Of a stretch of 64,000 bases of DNA, positions 36,314 to 48,631 are shown piece by piece. Every line of letters begins with the position of its first letter. Within the stretch, counting starts at the first letter, position 1. The stretch is taken from positions 1,922,001 through 1,986,000 of the forward strand of contig NEEC01000004.1 of NCBI GenBank assembly GCA_002189035.1. The letters run 5' to 3'. This DNA is from Utricularia gibba (Eukaryota; Plantae; Magnoliophyta). The notes beneath the pieces are model-generated. The model was not told the origin of the DNA. It saw nothing but the letters and a program-made list of their open reading frames with translations, and did no database searches. A program made the position numbers and the translations under genes.

Positions 36314-37123
36314 GAGAAAAATTGTTTTTTAAGTCATAATGTTTCACTCATTTTCATTTTACAGTCAAATATTTTAATTTATACAAAATATAGTCGATAA
36401 ATTTATCAATAAATTCAATTTATGACATTCCCGTTAAAAAATGTTTTTAAAAATTTAAAATTTTTAAAATTTTAGATATATATTTTTAAATAGAACTAAA
36501 ATTTAATACATTTTTTAAAAAATATTGTAAATTATTAAAAATTTATTCAAAACATACTAAAAAATTATAGAAAATTATTACAAGTGAATCATTTTCTAGT
36601 TCCATTTCTTATAATTTCCTACAAAATGGTATTATAGAAATAATAATTCTATACACAAAACTTCTATTATCTCTTCATATTTCAATTTTAATCAAATACA
36701 TTTATGCAAATTCAAGTCTCAAAATGAAAAGCTTGTTACTATGGTGTAATTGAAGGAGAGACATACAAGAATGATGTAGTACCTTAGAGTAAGGAGAAGA
36801 AGACATTATCTATGTTCACGTATTACTATTAAAATGTTTCAATCTCAAAAAAATTAAATGATGGAAGTATCATAGAAGAAACATTAAAAATTGAGAAAAT
36901 TAATTTTTAAACATTTAAAATATGATTAAAAAATATATATTGAATTTGAGTTCTATTTAAAAATATATATCTTAAATTTTAAAATTTTTAAAATATTTTT
37001 TGACTGAAATACCATAAATTGAGTTTATTGGTAAACTTATTGACTGGATTTTGCACAATTTAAAATATTTGACTATAAAATAAAAATAACTAAAATATTA
37101 TGACTTAAAAAATGATTTTTCCC
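36314..37123. mobile_element. Non-autonomous MULE / Mutator MITE (810 bp)
   Basis: ~200-bp imperfect TIRs (GAGAAAAA... / ...TTTTTCCC) and a perfect 9-bp TSD TATATTTTA (36305-36313, 37124-37132). Confidence 0.85.
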
Positions 37124-37349
37124 TATATTTTATATCTATATATTATCCATTCAATATAAAGTGAAGATAGTAAATTAGCCTGTAAAAACCGTAGCAATGG
37201 GGAAAACTCCTGGTGTAGAGAGCAAGTCGCAACAAATGAATTCACTATGTTCAAGCATGTGATACAACATAGAAGAGCAACAACAAACATAACCACTATA
37301 CTTATTGTGGTTTAAAATTGGTCAAGTGGTAGGAACCAATTTATGAGGC

Positions 37350-37611
37350 TAAAATCGGTTATGTTGGGACTGATTTTGGATTACGATTCTAGTTAGTGTA
37401 AAGAAGAACACAAAGACATTGGGATTTTATGTGAAAACCTCCATGACAGAAAACTACAAAGTTGGAGGAGTTCACTAAGGAAGATGGGTTTTACTAATAG
37501 AAAATGAGAGGATTACAGAGAGTGTAATGGCAGAATGCATACTTCAAATCCAAGCTCCTATTTATAGGGGAACCTTGACCAATCAATTTCGATGTGACTT
37601 TCCAAATAACA
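37350..37611 (-). mobile_element. Copia-like LTR fragment
   Basis: GTGAAAACCTCC...GAAAACTAC and CTCCTATTTATAGGGG motifs resemble those in the solo LTRs at 15371 and 42415. No TSD. Confidence 0.35.
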
Positions 37612-38039
37612 AGTGTTTAGAAAATTAGATTTTGAGTTTCAAATGAAGCAATTATTAAAAAAAAAAAGAAGTTGACTCTTAATAAATAAATTCCATACAA
37701 TCTAAATTATGAAAATGATATCATACTCACAGAACAAATAAAGAAAATGGAAGTGATAAATCAAATTAGATATCATAAGCTAAGTTTAATAAATCTAAAG
37801 TTTTACAGAGCATTGTTCTCAAAATACATTACATCCAGAATTATCCATATCCTTCTTATATAAATAGAGAAATGAGTCTTGTCAAAATAAAAATAATAGA
37901 AGTAAATTAGAAAGTAATAACTTACTTTATTTTACTTAGTTCACTTTGAATAAATTGAACTCAATGTCATACTATTCATTGATTTGTTGATTGTTCCATA
38001 ATCTTTTTAGAAACTCTTAACTCTTTCGAATTCTTGATA

Positions 38040-40700
38040 TAGTGATTGGTCCAAATGAAATTGTGCTTGTTTCTTGCTTTCATTGCATTTTATCGTAGAA
38101 CTATATTATTTTTAATTTAGACTTAACTTCTATTGGGACAAAATAGAATATATTAGCCTTCACATATCAAGCAAAATGCTTTTCGTGTTCAATTCTAATC
38201 CATTATGCTCATATTTATTTGATGTTTAATTGTGAATTAGATTTATAAATTTATTTTCTAGGGAGATTAGCATCTTGTACAACAACGTGCATAATTTCTT
38301 GTTTATCAAATTGAGGCTGGGGAACAATGTTTAAATATTATGTATTTCAATTGATGCATTTGTGTTCTTCCTATACATGTGATTTTGATTTCAATCCCGA
38401 AAACAAGAGGGCTGCTAGAAGGAATCGAAAGAAAGTAAGAGAAGTGGCCAAATTGAGAAGACTCCTTACCACAAACTAAATTCATTTGAGTATGGTAGAA
38501 TAGTAGAAAACTTTGAATGAGCTGGATGCAGTAGATTACACGTGTAAAAGGATGTGCATTAGATTTTCTAATGATACATCCAATGAGTTAAAATCAACAA
38601 TGATCAATTTTCTACTTAAGTACTATAGAAAAATGGAAGAGAATACATATGAGCACTTGAACAACACCACAATAGTTTATATGTCCTTCAAAAGTGCTAG
38701 AATGACAGAGGATATCATCTACTTGAAACCATTTCAATTTACATTAGAAGTAAGTGCAAAGACATAGTTTAATTCTCTGAAGTTTGGAAGCATAACTGAC
38801 TGGTCTAGTATAAAGAAGATGTTTTTAAGTAAATACTTCTTAGCTTTAAAGGCTAAAGAGACAACAAAGTAGATCAGTGATATTGAGCAATCAAGTAGAG
38901 AGTTTTTACATGAATCTTGAGAATGTTTAAATCACATGTTGGGATAATATCTGCACCATGAATTTCATATTAATGTATTGGTAAAATATTTTTATGATGG
39001 ATTGCTATGTATTGATAGAACAATGATGGATTCAGCAATTAAAGGATTTTTTAGGAAGAAAATATCTGAAAGCTCTTGCTCTACTTGACTAATTGGTTAA
39101 ACACTCTAGACACATCATTAGGAAGAAGGCTTCAAACAGCAGTGTTTATGAAGTGGAATGCAAGTCCAAAAAGACTAAAAAGTGAACTGAGAAAAAACAT
39201 TGCTGTGATATCTAAAATGGTGAAAGAATTATTTTTATTCCAAACTAACAATATGCTTTTTGGCAAATACCAAAGGATGAGATATATAAAGACAATGGGA
39301 TATATACAACAACAATTTCAATCTCCAAATCAAAATAATATTAGATGAAATCCAGAGACTTCTTTAGAAAAAATGATGAAAATGTTTATGACAATGAAAA
39401 ATTAAGTAAAAAATTTAGAGACTCAATTGAGCTAATTGAAGATGGAACTTTGAGAATTGAAACAAAAAGTTGAATTACCAACATTAGGTTCAAATTTTGG
39501 CAGAAGATTGAATTGCAGCATTATGACATTGAGGAACGAAAAGGAGAAGCCATAGAGGAATTTAGTCCATCCTAAAACCAACAAAGATGAAAGACAAGAA
39601 TTTGAAATTGTTGTTGAAAATGAAGACGAATTTGAAAGTTATCAAGAATTTACTAAAGAGAAGATTACTCAACCTCCATTTCTTGATAAGTTTAGGATGA
39701 AAAAAAGCACAATATGAAAAGGATAAGATTTTGAAACCCTTGAGTAATGCTCAACTTAATTTAATTATTTTAGACTATATTTCCATGATACTAAAACGTG
39801 TGAAATATTTGAAGTGGCTTTGCAAGCCCAAGTCCAAGATGAAAGAAAAGACAAGGTATTATTAGGTGAGAGTTATTCAACATTTCTCACTTGAAAACTT
39901 TCAGAAAAATACAAGGATCCAATCATATTTTTCATTCTTTACAAGATTGGAGATTTGAATATCATGAGAGCCATGACTCATTAAGGAACTTCTATTAATA
40001 TAATATCGTATGCAGTTTATGAGACTCTTAGATTGGAACCCTTGCAAGCTTCCAAAGTATAAATTGAATTGGCAAATCGATGTGTCATTTTTCCCTAGGT
40101 CTTAATGGAAGATGTTCTAATCAAAATTAAAAATATAATATTTTCATCTGATTTCATATGGTTAATATAAATGTTGCAAGATCAAAGGCACTACAATAAT
40201 TTTGAGAAAGTCATTTTAAGTACATCAAATGCAATTATCAATGTAAGATAGGAAAAATTGAGTTGGAATCTGATGGAAAAAAAAAACTATACTTCACATG
40301 CAGGATATTGTGGACTATCCCTGTGACTTTGAAGGTGTTTGTTCTATGGAGTCAAATGAAAAATTTATTGAAGAACTTTAGGAGAAAAAAATCAAATAGA
40401 GAAAATGGAATTATGAAAGAAGAGACTGTTTGTTGGAGATGGAGCACCAAAAGTAAAATCATGGATTTGAAGCCTTGGCCATTCATGTTGGAGCATAAAT
40501 TGCTTGATAATGAGTGGAAAGTTCATATTATTATTTCAAATAATCTCAACTCAAACGAAGAAGAGAAATCATTCAAAAAACTTATCAAGGATCCAAGAAA
40601 TTTGAACAATCATGATTGGAAGAATCTAATTATTAATCATTTTGGAAAAATTGATGAGACCAGAGATGTTGACATAATTGCGAAATCATTTCCCAACAAA
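38040..40700 (+). mobile_element. Athila-like element: LTR end (to ~38308), degenerate PBS, gag, protease and start of pol
   Basis: LTR tail matches the 14700-14841 type. Gag NELKSTMINFLLKY...ENTYEHL...EDIIYLKPFQFTL..SAKT; protease-like KYKDPIIF...IGDL...DVLIKIKN.IF. Heavily mutated. Confidence 0.75.
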
Positions 40701-40719
40701 TAGTTACTCTCAGATAAGA

Positions 40720-41150
40720 TTATAAATTGAGAATGAAGGTCTATTGATAATGAAAGTTGCACTAAACAAAGTACAGACTTGACAAATGGTTGGATAGATA
40801 ACCTTAACCCAAATTGAAAATGTTCGATGCTAATTGCAAAAGCACTGGTGCCAACACGCTGTGGTGGTTGATTTGAAATTTGTTCATCTTCTTCTTTCAT
40901 TGATATTACGAAATTTTTTGGCACTAAGTATCTATGTGATCTCGTCTCCAAAAGTCATCTATCATTGTGAATATTAGGAGAATTAGGAAAAATGCAGCAT
41001 ATAGAGAGTATAAAAAATAAAGAGATGTCACATACCTTGAATGAAGAAGGTGGAGATTTCGAAGGTGATGGATGGAGGAAGATGCGGCGGAAGAGGAGAA
41101 GAGGATAAGAGGGTACAGGATTTGAAAAGAGAGTTGGTATGTATTGAATT
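40720..41150 (-). mobile_element. PF04195-like accessory ORF remnant
   Basis: FAISIEHFQFGLRLSIQPFVKSVL, similar to the ORF at 9243. Confidence 0.55.
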
Positions 41151-41367
41151 GAGTTAGGTGTGTATATATATATATATTGAAGTATTTTGAATTTTTCCAA
41201 CAATATTTGAAAAAATTAACTACAATTTATATTTAACAATGTAAGGAGTTTAGTTTTTAATTAAAAAATAGAATATTATGACTACAAATTGTAAAGAATT
41301 AAATAGTTAAGACTTTGTTATTGCAAATTTTTCGCTCTCTACGCACTAGATATTGTTTGTTGTACTA

Positions 41368-41700
41368 AGTGATGCCTAAAAATGCTTTGAACGTTGCTTA
41401 CAGATATAAAAGACGTGCAAAATTCTATGGTTGTTGCTTACGCATATAAGTAGTGCCCAGAAACACTTTGAGCATTGGTTATGGATGTAAATGGTGCCCA
41501 AGAACACTATGGGTGTTGCTTATGGCTGTAAGCAGCACCTAGAAACACTTTGTGCATTGGTTCAAAACATTATGGGCATGGCTTACGAGTATAAGTGGTG
41601 CCCAGCATCATCTTTAGGTGCTGCTTCATTATATCAATAATGCCCATCACGGCCAGACACCGCCTAGAAATATAAGTAGCTTCCAGCACTGTTGTGGATG
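41368..41700 (+). repeat. Degenerate ~40-bp tandem array
   Basis: Recurring TAAGT(A/G)GTGCCCAG.AACACTTTG units. Related units occur in inverted orientation (GGTGCTACTTA) at ~47100-47540. Confidence 0.5.
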
Positions 41701-42250
41701 CAACTTACATTTCTAAGCGAGTGGAGTCATGGAACAACAAAAATGGTGTCAACCGCCATCTATCCTCAGATTGCAATGGTTGAATTTGATTCTCTTATAT
41801 TCTGATCTAGTGTCAAGATGTAACAGGGAATTGATGGCATCCCTAGAATCAACGTTTAGTATTTGTTATGCCTTCACACGTGAAGTTACAAGTATAATAC
41901 AAGAGCTAAAATACATAATCAACAAAATTGAGCATGTACCTGCTGTGCATGGGAGCATGTATACCAAAATTTTGCCACTTCCTACACTTTTGTGTACCTT
42001 GACTAATCATCACTATTACCTTCTTTTGTTTTCTGTTTTTTCTACAAGTTGTAACCGAAACCTTCATTTGAGCATGATCAACTACTTTTATTGATGCATG
42101 AGGAATTGGTTTATCCCAATATGAATATAGTTTATGAGGTTGATCTGTAAAATAATTTGTCATTGACATTGATGTAGTGTCTTTTGTAGTCTATCAAAAA
42201 AGTAGTGCTCACATTGCGCAAATATAGTTTGCTCATAAAAAGAAAATCAT

Positions 42251-44002
42251 TGATAACTATATTTATGATTATGCACCTAGAGTCAATGATACTTGTGCCA
42301 ATGAGCATAAGAGTAGATGTCTCGTGCTCTTTAATATAAGTCTAGTGTCGTTGTAGCATAATATAATAATACATATTTTTTAGTATTTTAGGACTACAAA
42401 ATAAGTAATATTATTGTTAGGGGTTAAAATCTGCGTGCCGGACTAAGCCGATTTTCGTGTTGCGGGTGGTATTGTGTCATTTTTGCTGTCTGTTTGGTTT
42501 AATTGGATAAAATAGAAGTAGGCGGGGATTTTTTACGTGGAAACCACCGTGAGGCGGAAAAACCACACAGCTATTGGAGCTCGACGAAAAAAATTTTTAC
42601 TAAACGGAGATGGTGGAGAAAGATACATACTGGGAGGCTAGGGATCGAAAAAATTCCCTTCTCCCATCATGATTCCTTTTATTTATAGGGGAGGCCAGTC
42701 TAGCCGATTCCTCGCCTCTGCTGGTGTCAGTTACTTTTATGCCTGCTATGTGACCCTATTTTTCAAACATCGGCCGTCTATTCCACCGTAATTCGGCTGC
42801 TTTTCAGATTGTGTCAGACGGCTATCACTGTCAAATTTCTGACACATATCGGCATGCTGACTGATGTTATTCTGTCAAGGCTCATTTTGACAGCCTTTCA
42901 AAATCCGATCATCCTCGGCCGATTTATACCCCATCAATTATATTATAAAATTGAGATTTAATTCAACATTTATGCACTTTTGTGTTTAGTAGTATATTTA
43001 TGTATTTTTATTCCTAGATTTAGCTCCAATCTATGTTTTAATCATTTTCTTTTGATAATACATCACGTTTTTCAGCATTCCAAATCCCAAAGAGCCAAAA
43101 GTACACAATAAAAATGGCATCAAATAAGGACAAAATGGATGAAAGAGAACAAAAAGAGAAGTGGAGAGAGAAATATATCTCTCCAATGGAGAACACGTAA
43201 TACAATTTTAGGGGAGAGATTTGGGAAATACTTACAAGAAGAGTGGAGGAGACAAACTAAGAACCAAGCTCATCTTTAAAGATTTTTTTAGTTTATCAGG
43301 AATACTACTCATAGCTAGGAGTAGATCACAACAATTTAGCATTTTGTGTTGAAATATTTACATTTCATTACTTCTATCTTTCTGTTATTAAGATGTGACA
43401 TCAACATGTTTTTGTTGCTATGTTATGAACGTATTTTATTTTCCTTCAGCATGAGTAGCTAATACATACTTAATGCCTTAAGGTAGAAGGGAATTTATAT
43501 GATTATTGATAATCAGACTACATTAGCTTCATGACTACACTAATTCCTTATTAAACAAGAATAGATATAGGAGGAGGGAATAGTGATATTTATTATAAGT
43601 AAACCTAACTAGAAGTAAACAAAAAGTTAGGAAAAACAAGAGTTTAGGTAGACTTGTGTCTTTATTTGTTACATGATTGGATAGTGGATTGGGTGAGATA
43701 AACTAATTTTGGAAGTTTCAAAGCATTGCATTATCTTATTCTTGTTAGTACTCAAATTTGCATATTATTCATTTACTGTCTTTAATCATAAATTTACATT
43801 AGTTCTAACTTAGACTAAATCTTTTAATTATGATATTCATTGAATGTATTGATTCTCATATAACAAGCACCATCTCCTTATATTCAACCCTAATCAATAT
43901 GTTTGTTATTTATTCTATGATTTAGAGTGTATTAGGTTTATAAATTTTATTTAATACAAAAATTTGCAATTTATAATGACATTGAAAAATTTTCGTTTAT
44001 CA
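42251..44002 (+). mobile_element. Athila-like LTR carrying a nested solo LTR
   Basis: TGATAA...TTTATCA termini and similarity to 44901-46072 and 13750-14841. No TSD (ATCAT vs AGAGG). Confidence 0.6.
42415..42936. mobile_element. Solo LTR (522 bp, same family as 15371-15896)
   Basis: TG...CCCCATCA termini and perfect TSD ATTAT (42410-42414, 42937-42941). Confidence 0.85.
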
Positions 44003-44900
44003 AGAGGGTGACATCAATAGTGATCACAGCGTGACAAAAATGGAATGTCTGAATGCATTATCTAAATGACCAAAATAATTATTTAAGTACCTTTGTTTCA
44101 AATATGTTTGGTTGTCAGTGTTGATATTCCACAATGGTACCTGGATTTGTAAGATGCAAATATTTGATGTTTAGAAAACGGAGATACTATCGAATTAATA
44201 GGGTCTAAGACATCCATGGAGTATTCGTTCTTGTCGTCTAGATATTGATGATAAAAGATAGAGGTATCCATTATCTATCTCCAACATTAGTTCGCCTATT
44301 TGATATTTCAAACATGATCATCTCTTCCTCCTCTTGTGTTTCCTCGTTTATATGTTCATCTTCGTCAAGTGGCTCATTCGCTTGTATATCAAAGTCGATG
44401 TCACAATGTTGCATATAATCAACTGGAATGTCATTGCAACCTATAGGATCATTAGTAGCATAATCATCATACTCATGATTTTCTTCACTTGCACAAATAT
44501 AGATTAAACAATAGTCATGCTAAATTTCAATAACACACACTTTAAAAAGTTCCTTTCTTTTTCTATATTACCATACCTTCATTCATTTCTTTTTCAGCAC
44601 AACAAATATTTAAATCAACGTTAAAGACTTCTACAAAGTTTTGCTTTAGTATGTGTTCCACGAAAATGTCGAAACTCATTTGTGCATGGTTGGATTGAAA
44701 GCATATAACAAATCACAATTTACTGTAATCCTAAAAACTCAAGTAAAGTTAGAAGAATAGTTAAAAAGCTCAATTGTTATTCGTATTTTGCAACTTGCTA
44801 GGCCTATGCCACACACTGAATACAATTCTTCCTGAAGAGAATTTAGTGAAATACAACTCTCAAAACTTCAAATGGATATTGACAGCATATCATAAGTTGT

Positions 44901-46072
44901 TGATAACACATACTTTTGAGTGATTGAGTATAGGAAATGACTCATATTGTGCTACCAAAATTAAGTTTTATTGTCTAGTTTTATATTTTTGTGCATAGTA
45001 CCGTAGTTGTGTTATTTTAGTCTTTATTAGGTCTCAATCGTAACACAAATTTCCATATATGAATAGTATCCAACCTTACTCTTAAATAGTTTTCTTTGAG
45101 AAATACACCACATGTCGTAACACAAATCCCAAGGAGCCGGATATAAATAGTGTATTGGCAGAGGATGAGGTAGAAGTCTGAAAAGGAGTACACACAAAAT
45201 CCAAGGAAGAGAAAAAAGAGGATTTTGAACAAAAGAGGGGATAAGATGGAGAAAGAAAAGTATCTCCCCCATTGAAGACAGACGACATTCTTTCTGGAGA
45301 AGGTTTTTTTTGGGGGGGAGGGGGGAGGGTGAGAAGGAGGAAGATGAACCAGGAACGAAGCTGATGTTTGAAGACTATTTTCTATTTCCAAAGAATATTA
45401 CTTTTAGTTAAGAGTAGCTAGCGACATTTCTAGTTTTCTGTTGACATTTTAAATTCCTTGCTTGTTTACTTTTTGGTCGATTGTGAGATGAGTACAATGT
45501 GAATGATGTTTTCATTTCTATTTTTATTTACCTTAAGCATGAGTGGCTAAGCATTTAGGGGTGCCTTGAGATAAAAAGGGGAGAATTGTGTTATTCAATC
45601 TTAACTATAAATCACACCACTTCCTTAACAAATCAGGATGAATCCAGGAGGAGGTTGTAGTGAAACCCAGCTTAACAACCCTAATTAGAGGTAGACTAAA
45701 GATTAGAGGGAAAATAAGAGCTCGGGTAGACCTAGACTTTGTTGTTAATTGTTTGATTTATGGTTTGTGTGAGCTTGTTTAGTGATAAACATACATCCTC
45801 TAGGAGTCCCAAGGCATCACCCATTTCACCTTAGAAACAACCGAGTTCAAAAGTTTGTTACTTTTCTTTACTGTATTTTATCGCAACTCTGTCTTAATTC
45901 TAATTAAGACCAAATCTATCAACGTGACACTGATTACATTCATTGACTTTCACATAGTAAGCACCTAGCTCCTTGTGTTCGACCCTAGTCCACTATTCTC
46001 ATATTTTTCATATGATTTGATGTGAATTAGGTTTATAAATTTTATTTGATAGGGGAAATTTGCATTTATTCA
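44901..46072 (+). mobile_element. Athila-like solo LTR (1172 bp)
   Basis: TG...CA termini and perfect TSD GTTGT (44896-44900, 46073-46077). Confidence 0.85.
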
Positions 46073-46773
46073 GTTGTGTAATTATTTGGGTATTCAATTA
46101 TGTTACTTCCATAAAAGATTTTGGTGAGGATGCTACTGGTATTCATCTACTTGCTTACGAAAATTGCAGCACTCCCAGACTTACTTATATGTGATATGTT
46201 AGTTTTGAATGAAGTAAGAAGATTTATGAGAATAGAACCTCTATTTATTAGCAAGTTGAAAGTGTGTAGCAAGATAGTGCTTGCAAATCATAAAATCCAG
46301 ATCGGTGGATCTCCATCAAATGTATGGTTTGAATTAGATCGTACATTCTATATTGGATTTCACTTTACCTTTATGTCATATCAAGGGGTAGGCTGGGTTC
46401 AAAGAAACCCAACAAAATTGGAGGTCTCCAGCATGTGAGCGCAAAAAACACACCGTCAATTATTTTAATTGCGCTCCAATGCGATGTAGCTGGGCAATTA
46501 TAGGGTATTAAACAGACCTTTCCCATCAGGTAACTCCAATGTCACTGATTTCTCGTGGTAGTTTTCGATTTTTCAAATTACACTGCAATATCATTTGGTC
46601 TACAGAATTTTCGTCCATGTTAATGTATAATGACTTATTCATTCATAGTGATGATAGGATATGTGCTTCTATCGATGTTGTTGTAATAAAAATGAAATAT
46701 TTTTTGGGCTACATTCAACAAAATATATTATTGTTAGTGTGTATTTTCCTAATATGATGTATTTTCAATTAAA

Positions 46774-47540
46774 ATGATGGATATCTTTCGTGCTAAATAT
46801 GGTATTTCACATGATTATTCTTTTGTAATACCAAATGGTCAATCTACTCTAGGAATAACATCTTTCATTGAGCATGAGATAGGAATTGTAATCGCAATGA
46901 AGACATTAGAAATTGGTATGAAATTTCCTTTGAATCCATTTTTTTATCAACTTACTCATTCACCTTAATCTTCCATTGGGTGCACTTACATCATCAGCAT
47001 TGCTTATGGCATTTACTTTCTTGCAATTACACTGTCATGCCAAGTGGACATTTTCATTGCCATATCCAAGAGCCAAGGACAATAACACAGATCATGTGCT
47101 TGACAAAATATATTATTAGGTGCTACTTATTATTCAAAAGCGACTTCTTATTCGAAGCAATGCCCAAAATATATTAGGTGCTACTTATTATTCTAAGCGG
47201 CATCCAATACATATTGAGCATTGTTTGTTATTCAAAACACCATCCAGAATATATACATTAGTTTTTTAAAAAAAATTCCCAAATTGGAAATTTTATCATG
47301 AACACAAAAATTTAGTTGATTTAATGGATGGAAATATTTTGGGAAAATTCTCAGGTTATTGATCTCTACTTTATCGATTGAAACTATATCACTCATATTT
47401 TGAAAGAGTGATGCAATATGTATTCACTTATAAAACCTTTCCTGACCACACATTTTTATTCGAAGCGGTGTGCAGAATATGATGGGTGCTACTTGTAATT
47501 CTAAGAAGTATTCACAAAATGTTGGGTGCTACATATTATT
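46774..47540 (+). mobile_element. PF04195-like ORF fragment plus ~40-bp repeats
   Basis: IFRAKYGISHDYSFVIP...IGIVIAMKTLEIGMKFPLNPFF, followed by GGTGCTACTTA repeats. Confidence 0.45.
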
Positions 47541-48631
47541 AAACACAATGTCCAAGATATTTATATTTAGTTATTTTAAAAAAATATGTATTTCAAATAA
47601 AATGTTATATATCGATTATATCATTAATAGATATATGATAAAATATTTTAAGATTAAAGATAATAAACTAAAATCATTTAGTATAATAATTTTGAATAAT
47701 ATTTACATATTTTTTGCAAAATGATTCAATATTATAATATATGTATAATTATTATCAAATATTTACATCAAACTTTATTTTATATCTTTTAGATTAAATA
47801 ATATAATATATTAAATTTTATTACAATATTTTTAATAATATACAATTTAAATGCACATAATATGACATTTATTATTGTTTCTGGTAATTTTAAGAAAATA
47901 ATGAATATGCATGTGAATGTATACGTTTTTTTTACATTTATTTTTAAAAGAAATATTAAGTATGAATATTTTGTAAAAATTTATAAAAAAATGAATGCTT
48001 TTCAAATTAAGATGAAGAAATATGGGCATTTTTCAAATTGATCCCGACTCAACTTGGATAACTGGCAGCATCTCTTCCTCTGGCATCTATTTTCCCTTCG
48101 GTATATCAACACTTGACCCAAAAAAATGAAGTAAAAAGAGATAAATGCCGGAATGATGGATTAAGAATATCCCTAGGATGATGGACGGAAACCGGCAGAT
48201 ACTTTCAAAAAAACAAAAAAGGTTTTAGGGTCGAAGGTTCAACAATTTCCACGTCCAAAATGGTGGGTGGCCGGTGCGCATCAACACGTTTAGCGTCGAG
48301 AGTTGGGAGCCATGGAAGTCTGCCAAATGCTTTTTATGACATAATATGTCTTCTCCATTATGAAACATATATTGCTATAATCAAACATCAGCGCTAAAGT
48401 GGGTAACAGTGATTAGAAGGTGTGTCGGCGTGCTAACAGAAACTTCGTTTCTCGGTAGCTTTAGTGGACTTTTCTATTTCATCATTTCAGGACTTGTGCA
48501 ACAACATACGCCCGTCACCTCAAAGTTACAGTGCTTCCTTTTCTTTATATAAACCACTCACTTATCACAAGTCTCTCCACTACGAAGCCACACATACACA
48601 CACCCACGCACACCCAGAGAGAGAGGAAGCC

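Larger units (their letters stand above)
41880..44600 (-). pseudogene. MULE transposase remnants (SWIM finger at 41880-42240; acidic N-terminal segment at 44003-44600) split by an LTR
   Basis: QKCRKWQNFGIHAPMHS is a decayed C.CRKWQ..GIPC.HA SWIM motif. Confidence 0.5.
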
